64,000 nucleotides of DNA. It comes from an uncultured Puniceicoccaceae bacterium (GTDB lineage Bacteria; Verrucomicrobiota; Verrucomicrobiia; Opitutales; Oceanipulchritudinaceae). Where the stretch lies: the NCBI GenBank assembly GCA_963933835.1, contig CAWVVV010000007.1:1-64000 (forward strand), given 5' to 3'. A program made the position numbers and the translations under genes. A model generated the notes under the pieces. It had not been told where the DNA came from and did not search any database. It saw only the letters and a list, made by a program, of their open reading frames with translations. Positions 49,978 to 60,365 of the stretch are shown piece by piece (within the stretch, counting starts at the first letter, position 1; each line of letters begins with the position of its first letter).

Positions 49978-51352
49978 TTCGAGGAACTACTTCCGAAGCT
50001 CCAGTTTCAAAATGGCACTCTTCTTCACGGTGCTTTTGAGCGCGGCGGTTTTGAGTTTGGGATACTTTCTGTATGATTATGGGCGAGAAGAGTATCAGCG
50101 GGAGAGCGAACTGGTCATCGATGCGGAGATCGAGAATCTTTTGCTAGAGCTCAAACTCAACACGGAAGAATCGCTCAAAGAGATTGTTGATGAAAGAGCG
50201 GTTGAACGTGAAGGGGTTTTCTATCTCTTGGTCGATTCGCAATCGAATTGGCTCGCGGGTGACTTGAGGTCCATTCCGGACGCCGTTGCTCGCATTGCCG
50301 AAGGGGTCATTCGTTTTAAGGTCGATGTTGGCACCGGGGAAAAATCTGACTGGCGAATCGTCGCGGCAAAAATTCATACTTTCCCGGACCAAGCTCAGTT
50401 GTTGGTCGCACGGGATGTCAGTGTGATTAACGAACGATTCCTGTGGCAGCGCACCTTAAGCTTTCTCAGCATCGCTTGTTTATTCTCCATTGTTCTGGTC
50501 AGCTTTTTTATCAGCTTTTTCGTCGTCACTCGGATCAATCGAATGTCCAACATCGCCCTTGAGATTGTGGCGACAGGCAATCTATCGAAACGGCTAGCGG
50601 TGGATTCGCGATGGGATGACATGAGCCATCTCGCGGGGGTCTTCAATCAGATGCTCGATCGGATCGAGTCATTGATGGAAGGCGTCAAACAAGTATCTGA
50701 CAACATTGCACACGATCTACGAACCCCTCTCGCTCACCTTCGAAATCGGTTGGAGGTGATGCAGCAGAGCGACCCTGAGAGTGAAGAAGTCGCTGCTTTG
50801 ATCAAGGAGTCCGATCGTTTGCTGCAGACCTTCGGCTCGCTTTTGCGGATTTCGAAAATGGATTCTGAAGTCGACCAATCAAACTTTGAGAAAGTCGACC
50901 TCCAAAAGATCGCAACCGATTCCGTCGAGTTCTACCGCCCCATGGCGCTTGAGCAAAATATGGAGCTCCTCTTTGAGGGCGAATCCTGTTTCATACGGGG
51001 CGATCGAAATTTGCTGTTCCAAGCCATCTCCAACGTAATCGACAATGCGATCAAGTACTCTCCCGCCGGAGGTCAGATCCGATGCGTTCTAGTCGAAAAT
51101 CAATCCACCGTTGAAATTGCTTTTGCGGATCAAGGCATCGGCGTTTCGGAAAAGGATAAAAAACGTCTTCTCGAACGGTTCTATCGCTGCGATCCCAGTC
51201 GTTCGACCAGTGGCACTGGACTTGGACTCAGTCTGGTGGACTCGATCGTCCGCCTCCATGACGGGTCGATTGATTTTCAGGATGCCCACCCAAATGGTCT
51301 CATCGTGAGGTTGACCCTTCCACGAAAGAGCGCAAAGATTACACAGAGTTAA
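49970..51352 (+). CDS. HAMP-domain sensor histidine kinase
   Basis: Two TMs, IAHDLRTPL H-box, NVIDNAIKYS, DQGIG, GTGLGLS; ATG 49970. Confidence 0.93.
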   Translation: MTDSRNYFRSSSFKMALFFTVLLSAAVLSLGYFLYDYGREEYQRESELVIDAEIENLLLELKLNTEESLKEIVDERAVEREGVFYLLVDSQSNWLAGDLRSIPDAVARIAEGVIRFKVDVGTGEKSDWRIVAAKIHTFPDQAQLLVARDVSVINERFLWQRTLSFLSIACLFSIVLVSFFISFFVVTRINRMSNIALEIVATGNLSKRLAVDSRWDDMSHLAGVFNQMLDRIESLMEGVKQVSDNIAHDLRTPLAHLRNRLEVMQQSDPESEEVAALIKESDRLLQTFGSLLRISKMDSEVDQSNFEKVDLQKIATDSVEFYRPMALEQNMELLFEGESCFIRGDRNLLFQAISNVIDNAIKYSPAGGQIRCVLVENQSTVEIAFADQGIGVSEKDKKRLLERFYRCDPSRSTSGTGLGLSLVDSIVRLHDGSIDFQDAHPNGLIVRLTLPRKSAKITQS

Positions 51353-51392
51353 TCTAACCGCCATTCGGCAGCAAGTGAGGATATGCTAAGGT
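51336..51392 (+). promoter_or_regulatory. AGATTA-N8-TAATCT box with extended -10 (TGc-TAAGGT)
   Basis: Same box and same spacing recur at 53440-53496. Confidence 0.65.
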
Positions 51393-51401
51393 ATCCCCTT
51401 G

Positions 51402-52673
51402 ATGAAAACCTCGAGAAAGAAAATTGCAGTAATCGGTGGAGGCATTTCCGGTCTCGGAGCGGCCTACCTACTGAAAGATGCGACGGATCTAACACTCTTC
51501 GAGAAGAATGCCTATCTCGGTGGACACAGCCGAACCCTTGAAGTGGAGGTTAGTGGAAAAACGGTGCCGGTCGACACAGGCTTCATCGTCTATAACGAAC
51601 GGAACTACCCACTCTTAACAGGGCTGTTTCGGCACCTGGAAGTTCCAGTGGTCGAGTCAAACATGTCCTTCGGAGTTTCCATCAATGACGGCTGGTTGGA
51701 ATTTTCATCAGGTGGTTTGCAAGGGCTATTCGGAAGTATTCGCAATCTTACAAATCCAAAGATGTGGCGACTGGTCAGTGATATTTTGAAGTTTAATCGC
51801 GGTGCGATGAAATATCTTGAAGCCCCAGGGGACATTTCACTTGGACAGTGTTTAGACGAGATTGGCGTCAGCGATTGGTTCCGCTACTATTACATCCTGC
51901 CAATGGGCGGATCCATCTGGAGTTGTCCGGTCGAACAAATCCTAAACTTTCCCGCTGCAGCCTTTCTTCGGTTTTTCAACAATCACGGTCTATTGACGGT
52001 GGCCGACCAGCCGCAATGGTACTCGGTCGTCGGGGGTTCGAAAGAATACGTGAACAGGCTGATCGACCAATTCTCAGGACAAATAAAAATACGCTCTGGC
52101 GCTAAGAGCGTTTCGCGAATCAGCGACGGAGTTCAGGTGACCGATGAAACGGGAGAGGTCGCGGTATTTGATGAGGTGATCATCGCAGCCCATGCGGATG
52201 AAGCACTTAAGCTGAACGAAACTCCCACTCCCGACGAAGAAGAGATCCTCTCTGCCTTCAAGTATCAACCCAACGAAGTGATCTTGCACACCGACGATTC
52301 CTTTATGCCAAAACGTCGATCGGCATGGGCAAGTTGGATCTACTCTTCTGAAGAAAAGGCGGACCGGAGCTACGCAATCTCACTTAGCTATTGGATGAAC
52401 AATCTTCAGGCCTTGGACACCGACACCGACGTCTTCGTGACTTTGAACCCCGGCAAAGCACCCGCCGAGAAGACCATCCTCAACCGCCATATTTTTGACC
52501 ATCCGGTTTTTGATCAGGCCTCGATTGAAGCGCAGAAACGGATCGAGGAAATCCAAGGAAAGGACCGCGTTTGGTATTGCGGTGCTTACCAGCGAAACGG
52601 ATTTCACGAGGACGGGCTTTGGAGCGCGGTTAGAGTTGCCGAAAAAATGGGGATCACACCCAGTTGGATATAG
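51402..52673 (+). CDS. FAD-dependent oxidoreductase (UfaD/RSP_1091-like)
   Basis: IGGGISGL, GGHSRT, VDTGFIVYN..NYP, FFNNHGLL, GFHEDG. Confidence 0.85.
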   Translation: MKTSRKKIAVIGGGISGLGAAYLLKDATDLTLFEKNAYLGGHSRTLEVEVSGKTVPVDTGFIVYNERNYPLLTGLFRHLEVPVVESNMSFGVSINDGWLEFSSGGLQGLFGSIRNLTNPKMWRLVSDILKFNRGAMKYLEAPGDISLGQCLDEIGVSDWFRYYYILPMGGSIWSCPVEQILNFPAAAFLRFFNNHGLLTVADQPQWYSVVGGSKEYVNRLIDQFSGQIKIRSGAKSVSRISDGVQVTDETGEVAVFDEVIIAAHADEALKLNETPTPDEEEILSAFKYQPNEVILHTDDSFMPKRRSAWASWIYSSEEKADRSYAISLSYWMNNLQALDTDTDVFVTLNPGKAPAEKTILNRHIFDHPVFDQASIEAQKRIEEIQGKDRVWYCGAYQRNGFHEDGLWSAVRVAEKMGITPSWI

Positions 52674-53446
52674 CCTCAAAATTGCTTTTCTCAAAGGTTT
52701 CGCACCGGCGGCTTTTCCCAAAAGAGAACCGATTCTCCTACCGTGTGTATAGTCTGGTTTTTGATCCCGAGAAGATTGATGAACTGGCGGATGGGCGTTG
52801 GTTCGGCGTCGATCGATGGGGACTGTTTTCTTTTCATCGAAAAGACCATGGAAATTGCGATGGAAGCTCGTTAACCGAATGGGCAAAAGGAGTGGTCAAT
52901 CGGTATGGGGTCGATTTAGGGGTAAAGCGCTTTGTCCTCATCGCGATGCCCCGTGTGCTCGGCTACGGATTCAATCCAGTCAGTTTTTGGCTGTGCTTGG
53001 ATGAGGAGGATGCGCTGAAAGCAGTCATTGCCGAAGTCCACAACACCTTTGGCGAACGTCACCTCTATTTCTGCCGAAACAAAGACGGAACCGCGATTGA
53101 ATCGAATGACGCCATCGAGGCGGAAAAGATGTTCCACGTTTCTCCATTCATGGAACGATCGGGACACTACCGATTTAAATACAATCTGAGCGACCGAGGC
53201 TTCTCGGCAGTGATCAATTACTACGACCTAGAGGGGAGGAAAAAGCTCCTAACATCGATGGCAGGAACATTTTCGGACAATAGCCGTAGACAGCAGCTTT
53301 CTGCCTTCATTCGCTGCCCGTTGGTTACCCTGAAAACGGTCGCGATGATTCACTGGCAAGCCGCCAAGCTAGCGCTCAAAGGGATTCGTTATGTTCCGAA
53401 ACCTCCCCAGCTAAACGATTCATACAATTCTGAATCGAAAGATTAA
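52664..53446 (+). CDS. DUF1365 family protein (UfaO/RSP_1090-like)
   Basis: HRRLFP, PRVLGYGFNPVSFW, EVHNTFGERH, KMFHVSPF, IHWQA. Confidence 0.88.
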   Translation: MDIASKLLFSKVSHRRLFPKENRFSYRVYSLVFDPEKIDELADGRWFGVDRWGLFSFHRKDHGNCDGSSLTEWAKGVVNRYGVDLGVKRFVLIAMPRVLGYGFNPVSFWLCLDEEDALKAVIAEVHNTFGERHLYFCRNKDGTAIESNDAIEAEKMFHVSPFMERSGHYRFKYNLSDRGFSAVINYYDLEGRKKLLTSMAGTFSDNSRRQQLSAFIRCPLVTLKTVAMIHWQAAKLALKGIRYVPKPPQLNDSYNSESKD

Positions 53447-53496
53447 TTATAGTTAATCTTCCGGCCACCCGGAGTAGAGGCGACTCGTGATAGAAT
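53440..53496 (+). promoter_or_regulatory. AGATTA-N8-TAATCT box with extended -10 (TGa-TAGAAT)
   Basis: Matches 51336-51392 in sequence and spacing. Confidence 0.65.
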
Positions 53497-53513
53497 GCAG
53501 AAGTAATAAAGCC

Positions 53514-54677
53514 ATGTTTGAACAAATCATTCAAAAACGATTCTTAACTTCTCTTGAACAAGTTCGATTCGGAAGTATCGAGGTCACGACTCCTTCTGGA
53601 CAGATCCATATATTCGAGGGAAGCGAGCTAGGAGCGAAGGCGGACTTTCACCTGGAAAGTTGGTCGGTCGTCGCGAACTTAGCGTCGAAAGGCGAAGTGG
53701 GCTTTGCTTCCGATTATCGAGATGGCCTATGGAACACCTCCAATTTGGAAGCATTGATCACGTTTTCTCTGGAAAACGAGGAACACCTCACTGGTTTCAT
53801 TGAAGGCAACTGGTTGTCACGAATCGGGGCCCGCATAGGCTACCTTCTGAATTCAAATTCCCTGCGAGGAAGTAAGCGCAACATCCATGCTCACTATGAT
53901 TTAGGGAATGAGTTTTATTCATTGTGGTTGGATTCCACGATGTCCTATTCATCGGCTCTGTATCTTGATCCGAATGAACCGATCGCCGTGGCTCAAGAGA
54001 ACAAATACGACCGACTGCTCGATCGGATTGAAGATCCCTCTGGATCCATCCTCGAAATTGGTTGTGGATGGGGTGGATTCGCAGAACGGGCCATCACTCG
54101 AAACGACCGAGAAATCAAAGGCGTCACGCTCTCGAAGGAGCAGCTTGATTTTGCATCGAAACGTTTGAACGGATCCGCTGATTTCGCTTTTCAGGACTAT
54201 CGTCATATCCAAGGAAAATTCGACAACATCGTTTCAATCGAAATGTTTGAAGCGGTGGGAATTAAGTATTGGAATTCCTACTTCTCGCAACTGAGAAGAC
54301 TCCTCAAGACAGGTGGAAAGGCGCTTGTTCAATCGATCGTAATCGAAGAGAAGCATTTTGAATCCTACCGAAAGGGTTCTGACATGGTCCGCAGTTTCAT
54401 CTTTCCAGGCGGGATGCTCCCAAGTGTCGAACGCTTCGAGAAAACGGCCCAAGAAGGAGGAATGGAAACAAAAGACGTTTTCCTATTCGGTCACGATTAC
54501 GCCCGGACCCTTCGAGTTTGGTTGAAGAATTTCGATGCGAATATAGCGGAGGTAAGAAGCCTTGGGTTCGATGAGTCATTCATCAGGATTTGGAGATACT
54601 ATCTCGGTTCGTGTGCTGCCAGTTTTCAAACCGGACGGATCAATGTAGGTCAGTTCGAACTACAGGCTGCAAGGTGA
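53514..54677 (+). CDS. cfa: Cyclopropane-fatty-acyl-phospholipid synthase family SAM methyltransferase (UfaM-like)
   Basis: NIHAHYDLGNEFY, MSYSSA, LEIGCGWG, SIEMFEAVG, IFPGGMLP. Confidence 0.9.
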   Translation: MFEQIIQKRFLTSLEQVRFGSIEVTTPSGQIHIFEGSELGAKADFHLESWSVVANLASKGEVGFASDYRDGLWNTSNLEALITFSLENEEHLTGFIEGNWLSRIGARIGYLLNSNSLRGSKRNIHAHYDLGNEFYSLWLDSTMSYSSALYLDPNEPIAVAQENKYDRLLDRIEDPSGSILEIGCGWGGFAERAITRNDREIKGVTLSKEQLDFASKRLNGSADFAFQDYRHIQGKFDNIVSIEMFEAVGIKYWNSYFSQLRRLLKTGGKALVQSIVIEEKHFESYRKGSDMVRSFIFPGGMLPSVERFEKTAQEGGMETKDVFLFGHDYARTLRVWLKNFDANIAEVRSLGFDESFIRIWRYYLGSCAASFQTGRINVGQFELQAAR

Positions 54678-55234
54678 TGAACCACGCCATCCGCTCAGTC
54701 GCATCAAAACTGCGAATCCTTTTTCTCACGATCATTTGTTTTTCGTGCTCAGCCACGCTTTTGGCATCTGTTCCAAAAATAGTCGAAGTTCAAATTGAAG
54801 ACGCGCAACTGGTAGGGGAAGCCCGGATGAAGGTTCTCTTCTTCAACCTCTATGACATTGCTCTTTTCGCGCCAAAAGGAACTTTCAATTCCTCCCTACC
54901 CTTTGCCTTGGAATTGAACTATCTTCGAGAAATTAAAGCCCGGGTCATCGCCGAACTCTCCGCGGAGGAAATGCGTCGACAAGGAAACAGTGAAGTAGAT
55001 CTGGCTCGTTGGTATCGACAGATGGAGTTCATTTTCCCGGATGTCAAAAAAGGCACTTCCCTCATTGGTATATTCGATCAGGCCGGTGAAACACACTTTT
55101 ACCAAGACAATGAATTGATTGGAACCATCGCTGATCGAGCATTTTCTGAATCCTTCAGCGCGATCTGGCTCGGTCCCGATTCCAGAGTTCCCAAGATCAA
55201 AAGGATACTGACCGGAGAGCAACCAATCGAATGA
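54677..55234 (+). CDS. Chalcone isomerase-like (fatty-acid-binding fold) exported protein
   Basis: VGEARMKVLFFNLYDIAL, FPDVKKG, F..IWLG motifs; cluster context. Confidence 0.8.
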   Translation: MNHAIRSVASKLRILFLTIICFSCSATLLASVPKIVEVQIEDAQLVGEARMKVLFFNLYDIALFAPKGTFNSSLPFALELNYLREIKARVIAELSAEEMRRQGNSEVDLARWYRQMEFIFPDVKKGTSLIGIFDQAGETHFYQDNELIGTIADRAFSESFSAIWLGPDSRVPKIKRILTGEQPIE

Positions 55235-56568
55235 GACCGCTAAAGAAGACAGATCTCTTCAATTACGGAATTCTCGCATTTCCACTCTCAATTGCAGGAC
55301 TTCCCCTCTATCTGCAGGCCCCTGATTTATATGCAACGGAGCGGGGAGTTTCGCTAGCATTGATGGGGATAGTCTTATTGGGACTACGTTTCTTCGACGC
55401 GATTCAAGATCCTCTCATCGGAAGGTTGTCCGATCGATTCCAGCGCAACCGGAACCTCATCATGGGTGGCGGGACGATTACCCTGTGTATCGGTCTTTTC
55501 GCACTGATGAACCCGCCCGCAGAGGCCGGGATTATCTGGTTTTCCATCTGGATAGCGTTATCGGCCACTGCCTATAGTATCGCCACGATCAACCTGAATA
55601 CAGTGGGAGGGCTCTGGTCCTCCAATCGATTTGAGCGAACACGCATTGTTACGATTAGAGAGGGACTTGCCATCAGCGGGGTTCTTTTTGGGGTGGTCAC
55701 CCCGGCCGTCCTCGCGCTGTGGTTGGGGAGAGCACTGGGGTTTCAGATTTTTTCCCTGATCATCGCCGCGATTCTCTTGCTAGCTTGGATTCGTTATCGC
55801 CGGTGGAGTCGTGAACACAACCCCTCGAGCGCTGTTAGCCAAATGGAAGCACAGCCTACGGCGGCCCATTTTGCCTCCTTTCCCAAAGAGAGCGGCACTC
55901 GAAAATTGCTGTTTGTCTCGCAACTCGGCGCCTTAGCGTCGGCCTTCCCCGCGGTCCTCTTTCTCCTCTTTGTGCGGGAAAGACTTGGAATGGATGAATG
56001 GTCTTGGCTCTTTCTCCTCCTCTATTTTGGAGCTGCGATTGTCGGATTTTCTTTCTGCAAGAATTTGTCCCGTAAGGTTGGGAAAGTGGCTGCCTGGCGA
56101 ATCACAATCTGGGGTTCCATCATTGCATTTAGCGGGGCGCTCTTCGCCGGAGAGAACAGCGGAATACTCTTCGGGATAGTATGCCTCGGCAGCGGGTTCT
56201 TCTTGGGAGGCGATGTCATCTTCCCGAATTCTTTGATGGCCGATCGAGTCGGCAAGAATACTGACGGTCGTCGAACGGCGAGCTCTGCATTCGCATGGCT
56301 TTCCTTCATCTACAAATTTGCGCTGGGACTAGCGGCCGCGGTCGCTTTTTCAGTTCTGGAATTTGTCGGTTTCAAATCCGGAACCACCCACGGAGCAGGC
56401 GTCCTCATGGTACTCACCTTTCTCTACGCGGCCTTGCCAATCATTTTAAAAATAGCCACCGCGCTGCTCCTCAAAACGTGGCAACAGAATCTCGAAGGAA
56501 ATGAAATTTATGAAAAAACGAATAGCAATGAGCTTGGCAGCGATCGCTGCCATGATTTTAGCACTTAA
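55231..56568 (+). CDS. MFS (GPH/MelB-like) transporter
   Basis: RFFDAIQDPLIGRLSDR; about 12 TM segments. Confidence 0.85.
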   Translation: MRPLKKTDLFNYGILAFPLSIAGLPLYLQAPDLYATERGVSLALMGIVLLGLRFFDAIQDPLIGRLSDRFQRNRNLIMGGGTITLCIGLFALMNPPAEAGIIWFSIWIALSATAYSIATINLNTVGGLWSSNRFERTRIVTIREGLAISGVLFGVVTPAVLALWLGRALGFQIFSLIIAAILLLAWIRYRRWSREHNPSSAVSQMEAQPTAAHFASFPKESGTRKLLFVSQLGALASAFPAVLFLLFVRERLGMDEWSWLFLLLYFGAAIVGFSFCKNLSRKVGKVAAWRITIWGSIIAFSGALFAGENSGILFGIVCLGSGFFLGGDVIFPNSLMADRVGKNTDGRRTASSAFAWLSFIYKFALGLAAAVAFSVLEFVGFKSGTTHGAGVLMVLTFLYAALPIILKIATALLLKTWQQNLEGNEIYEKTNSNELGSDRCHDFST

Positions 56569-57058
56569 TGGATGCCAAAGTAATATGAAAATTGAAACCT
56601 ACGCAAATGAACATCCGACCGTCAGTGTACGGGAATATTTTAATGGCCCGATCAAGGCTTGGGGATTGATCCAGAATCGAAAGGGAGATGTGACGACTCG
56701 CTTTGATGTAGAGATGATGGGAACTTGGGACGGCGATACAGGCACCCTCGAAGAAGATTTCCGCTACTACGATGGTCGTGAGCAAAAGCGAGTATGGACG
56801 ATCAAAGAGTTGGAATCAGGTCAGTTCTCGGGAAGTGCGTCTGACATTGTGGGCACCGCCACGGGCGAACAAAAGGGCAATGCGCTTCGGTGGAACTATC
56901 AGATGGATATCGAAGTCGATGGAAGAACCTATCGGATTCAATTCGACGATTGGATGTGGTTGATGAACGACGGCATTCTCATCAATCGTTCTTATCTGAA
57001 GAAATTCGGTTTCACGGTGGCAGAACTGACGCTGTTCATGCAGAAGACTGAATCGTGA
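56501..57058 (+). CDS. DUF3833 family lipoprotein
   Basis: Lipobox LNGC; YFNGPIKAWG, LEEDFRYYDG, FDDWMW, KKFGF. Confidence 0.85.
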   Translation: MKFMKKRIAMSLAAIAAMILALNGCQSNMKIETYANEHPTVSVREYFNGPIKAWGLIQNRKGDVTTRFDVEMMGTWDGDTGTLEEDFRYYDGREQKRVWTIKELESGQFSGSASDIVGTATGEQKGNALRWNYQMDIEVDGRTYRIQFDDWMWLMNDGILINRSYLKKFGFTVAELTLFMQKTES

Positions 57059-57795
57059 GTGATCGATTGAGAGGGAAACACTACTGGCTAGTCGGAGCCA
57101 GTTCGGGAATTGGACGCGCCTTGGCCTTGGAACTCGCAAAGCGAGGGGTGCACCTGACCTTGTCTGCGCGCTCGCTGGAGAAGCTCCAATCGCTGCAAAA
57201 AGAAATCGGGGATAAAGCAACGATCAAGCAACTGGATGTGACGGATGCGGATGCAATTGATGGAGTCGTATCGGAGCTTGAAGACCTCTCAGGAGTGGTA
57301 TTCCTAGCCGCCGCATACAATGCGGAATCGGGTAATTCTCGAACCGATGCAAAGCGCATTTTCGAGACGGTTAACATCAACCTAATCGGAGGCATCTATT
57401 TAGCGGAGGCAGTAAAAGCGAAGCTTCAAAGCGCTCCCGATGGAGTCCTCGCTCTTTACGGAAGCATTGCTGGGTACAGTGGTCTGCCAAACGGGCAGCC
57501 TTACTCGGCGACCAAGGCAGGGCTGATCAATTACGCAGAAAGCCTAAGAACGGAACTCCGGGGTTCTGTTGATGTGAAGATAATCAATTCCGGTTTCGTC
57601 GACACTCGCCTAACGCGTAAAAATGATTTCCGGATGCCGATGCTCATTACACCAGAAGTAGCCGCACGCCGAATTGCCGATGGTTTAGAAAGCCGACGTT
57701 TCGAAATTGTTTTCCCCCGACGATTTGCCTGGGTTGCGAAGCTCCTGCGAGGCCTACCCTATTGGCTCTTTTTTCGGGCGACTCGGCGGCTTTGA
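57055..57795 (+). CDS. Short-chain dehydrogenase/reductase
   Basis: GASSGIG, YSATK, GFVDT. Confidence 0.9.
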   Translation: MSDRLRGKHYWLVGASSGIGRALALELAKRGVHLTLSARSLEKLQSLQKEIGDKATIKQLDVTDADAIDGVVSELEDLSGVVFLAAAYNAESGNSRTDAKRIFETVNINLIGGIYLAEAVKAKLQSAPDGVLALYGSIAGYSGLPNGQPYSATKAGLINYAESLRTELRGSVDVKIINSGFVDTRLTRKNDFRMPMLITPEVAARRIADGLESRRFEIVFPRRFAWVAKLLRGLPYWLFFRATRRL

Positions 57796-57939
57796 GGCTT
57801 GATTCAATGGCTAAAGCACCCGCTATCTAGCTTGGATATCCCGGATTGTAAACAACTCGGGATGTAGGCGAAGAAACTGCACTTGCTACAAAAACCCACT
57901 ACTGATCCGATTTTCCGCTATGAGTCAGTGAACCCCAGG

Positions 57940-58010
57940 TTAAACCCCCACCCGCTGGCGCGGGCTAAGGGTGCATCGTTACTTTCCCGAAAAGCAAATT
58001 CCTATCAGTT
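57940..58010 (+). repeat. 71-bp direct repeat, right copy (putative oriIS)
   Basis: Identical to 49040-49110, offset 8900. Confidence 0.95.
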
Positions 58011-58157
58011 CATCACCGGCGCCTGGACACGTTTCCCTCGTAAGCGAACATCCGAAGAGTGAACAACGGGGATGCCCCCCTGCCGACCTTCTAAACGCCC
58101 CCACCCCTTTGGGATCGAAGCTTGCGACTTGCCTTAGGAATTCCGCAGATTTCAAGC

Positions 58158-60074
58158 ATGTCCTCTCTCGAAGAACCCCTCCGTTTACTACAAGAGCGCT
58201 TTGGCTTTCAGGAATTTCGGGCCGGACAGATAGCTGTTATTCAGTGGCTCTTGGAAGGACGTAGTGCGGGCGCGATATTTCCGACGGGTTCGGGCAAAAG
58301 TCTTTGCTACCAATTGCCCTCCTTGCTTCTACCGGGGCTCACACTTGTCATCTCGCCGCTACTGGCGCTGATGAAGGATCAAATCGATAGCCTGCGCGCA
58401 AAGGGTATCCAAGCGGAACGTCTCGATTCGAGCCTCGAAGAGGCGGACTACCGACGCGTGACCGATGCCATTCGCGCGGGCACAGTCAAACTCCTGTTTG
58501 TCGCGCCTGAACGGCTAGGCAACGAACGTTTCCTTAACCTCATTCGCGGGCAAACCATCAGCCTACTCGCGGTCGATGAAGCCCACTGTATCTCCTCTTG
58601 GGGACACAACTTCCGCCCCGATTACCTAAAGTTAGCCGACGCTGCAAAAACACTTAAAGTCGAGCGCGTGCTCGCACTCACCGCGACGGCCACACCACAA
58701 GTCGCTACCGATATGGCAGAAGCCTTTGGCATCGCCGCGGATGACATGACCAACACCGGCTTTTATCGTCCCAACCTCGAACTGCGTGTCACGGCCTGCC
58801 ACGATGCCGGGCGCCCCGCCCTCCTGCTTCAACGACTCAAGGAGCGGCCTGCTGGCGCCACGATTGTGTATGTGAGCCTACAGCGCCACGCCGAAGAAGT
58901 CGCGGCCTGCTGGCAAGCCGCCGGCTACAACGCAGCCCCCTATCATGCCGGCATGGCTGCGGACAAACGTAGCAGCACGCAGGAAGCCTTCATGGAAGGA
59001 CGCATCCCCATCATTTGTGCCACGATCGCCTTTGGTATGGGTATCGATAAGTCTGACATCCGCTACATCTACCACTACCACATGGCCAAAGGCTTCGAAA
59101 GCTACATGCAAGAAATCGGGCGGGCGGGGCGCGACGGGCAGCCTTCGGTTTGCGAACTTTTAGCCTGCCCAGACGATGCCACCACTTTAGAAAATTTCGT
59201 CTACGGAGACACGCCCGACAACGTCAGCTTACGCGGGCTTCTCGAAGAACTGTTGGAGGAGGGCACAGGCATTGACATTGCCCTGACCGACCTCTCCCGA
59301 CGCTTCGACATGCGTCAACTGGTGATCAGCACTCTACTCACACGGCTCGAACTCGCAGGCCTGATTCGCGCTCAAGGGCACTACTACGGCAGTATTCGTT
59401 TCGCTCCAAAAAGCGACGACAAGACCCTACTCAGTCAATATCCCGCCAACCAAGCAGCCTTTCTAGCGAAGGTTTTCACCTCCTGTAGCAAAGCAAAGAA
59501 ATGGGTCACCTTGGATATGGATCAAGCGATCGCCACGACCAAGCAAGATCGCAGCGTCATCCTTCGTGCATTGGAAAGTTTAGAAAGCAAAGGCCTAGCG
59601 GAACTGCAACTCGCCGGCTATCGGCAACGTTTCGAACAACTCGTTCAAGAGCCAGAGATCGACCAGATCACCGAAGCAATGACCGCCAGCTTTGAAACGC
59701 ATGAGCAGATGGAGATTGATCGAATCCACCGCATGCTCGACTACGCGAACGAACCAAGCTGCCTGACTGGAAGATTGCTCCGATACTTTGGCGAAGAAAT
59801 CAAACCCTGCGGCCACTGCAGCGCCTGCCATGGGCAGGCACAAAAAGAACTCACGCCTCGCAAGCGTCCAAGCATGGACAACTGCGATCTAGAAGGCTTT
59901 GACGCACTCACGCAAGCGCACCCAAAAGCGTTGGAACGCCCACGCCAGCAAGCACGTTTCCTGTGCGGCCTCAACTCACCCGCAGTTTCCGCGGTGCGCG
60001 GCCTACGCGGGAATGCCCTCTTTGGTCGCTGCAGTGAAGTGCCTTTTGCCGATGTCTTAACGACTCTGCTTTGA
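58158..60074 (+). CDS. RecQ-family ATP-dependent DNA helicase
   Basis: [48 protein letters not shown], Zn-binding C...CGHCSAC; ATG 58158. Confidence 0.92.
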   Translation: MSSLEEPLRLLQERFGFQEFRAGQIAVIQWLLEGRSAGAIFPTGSGKSLCYQLPSLLLPGLTLVISPLLALMKDQIDSLRAKGIQAERLDSSLEEADYRRVTDAIRAGTVKLLFVAPERLGNERFLNLIRGQTISLLAVDEAHCISSWGHNFRPDYLKLADAAKTLKVERVLALTATATPQVATDMAEAFGIAADDMTNTGFYRPNLELRVTACHDAGRPALLLQRLKERPAGATIVYVSLQRHAEEVAACWQAAGYNAAPYHAGMAADKRSSTQEAFMEGRIPIICATIAFGMGIDKSDIRYIYHYHMAKGFESYMQEIGRAGRDGQPSVCELLACPDDATTLENFVYGDTPDNVSLRGLLEELLEEGTGIDIALTDLSRRFDMRQLVISTLLTRLELAGLIRAQGHYYGSIRFAPKSDDKTLLSQYPANQAAFLAKVFTSCSKAKKWVTLDMDQAIATTKQDRSVILRALESLESKGLAELQLAGYRQRFEQLVQEPEIDQITEAMTASFETHEQMEIDRIHRMLDYANEPSCLTGRLLRYFGEEIKPCGHCSACHGQAQKELTPRKRPSMDNCDLEGFDALTQAHPKALERPRQQARFLCGLNSPAVSAVRGLRGNALFGRCSEVPFADVLTTLL

Positions 60075-60365
60075 TCGAAATAGAAAGCACCTAAGGGCTC
60101 TGCCGTGCACGCGTCCTATACGACGTGGTCAAACGAATAAGGACGAAGCGAAGCGTGGATGAAGTAGTGCATTTCTCCAAACCGCGACATCGTGGGAGCG
60201 GCTAACAAGTCTCACTCTACTACTTGGCACTACTGCTCCTCGTCGTCTTTTTCCTCGCTCGCGAGCCCGTCCCCTTTCGTTACCTCGACTGCTAGGGTAA
60301 CCCCTAGGGCCACAGAGGTGACACAATTGACATGGGTGCCGGCTGCGTCAGATACTGTTCCATAG

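Noticed and set aside
49111..57939. Integron cassette array
   Set aside because: No intI, no recognisable attC sites between genes, and the genes overlap as operons
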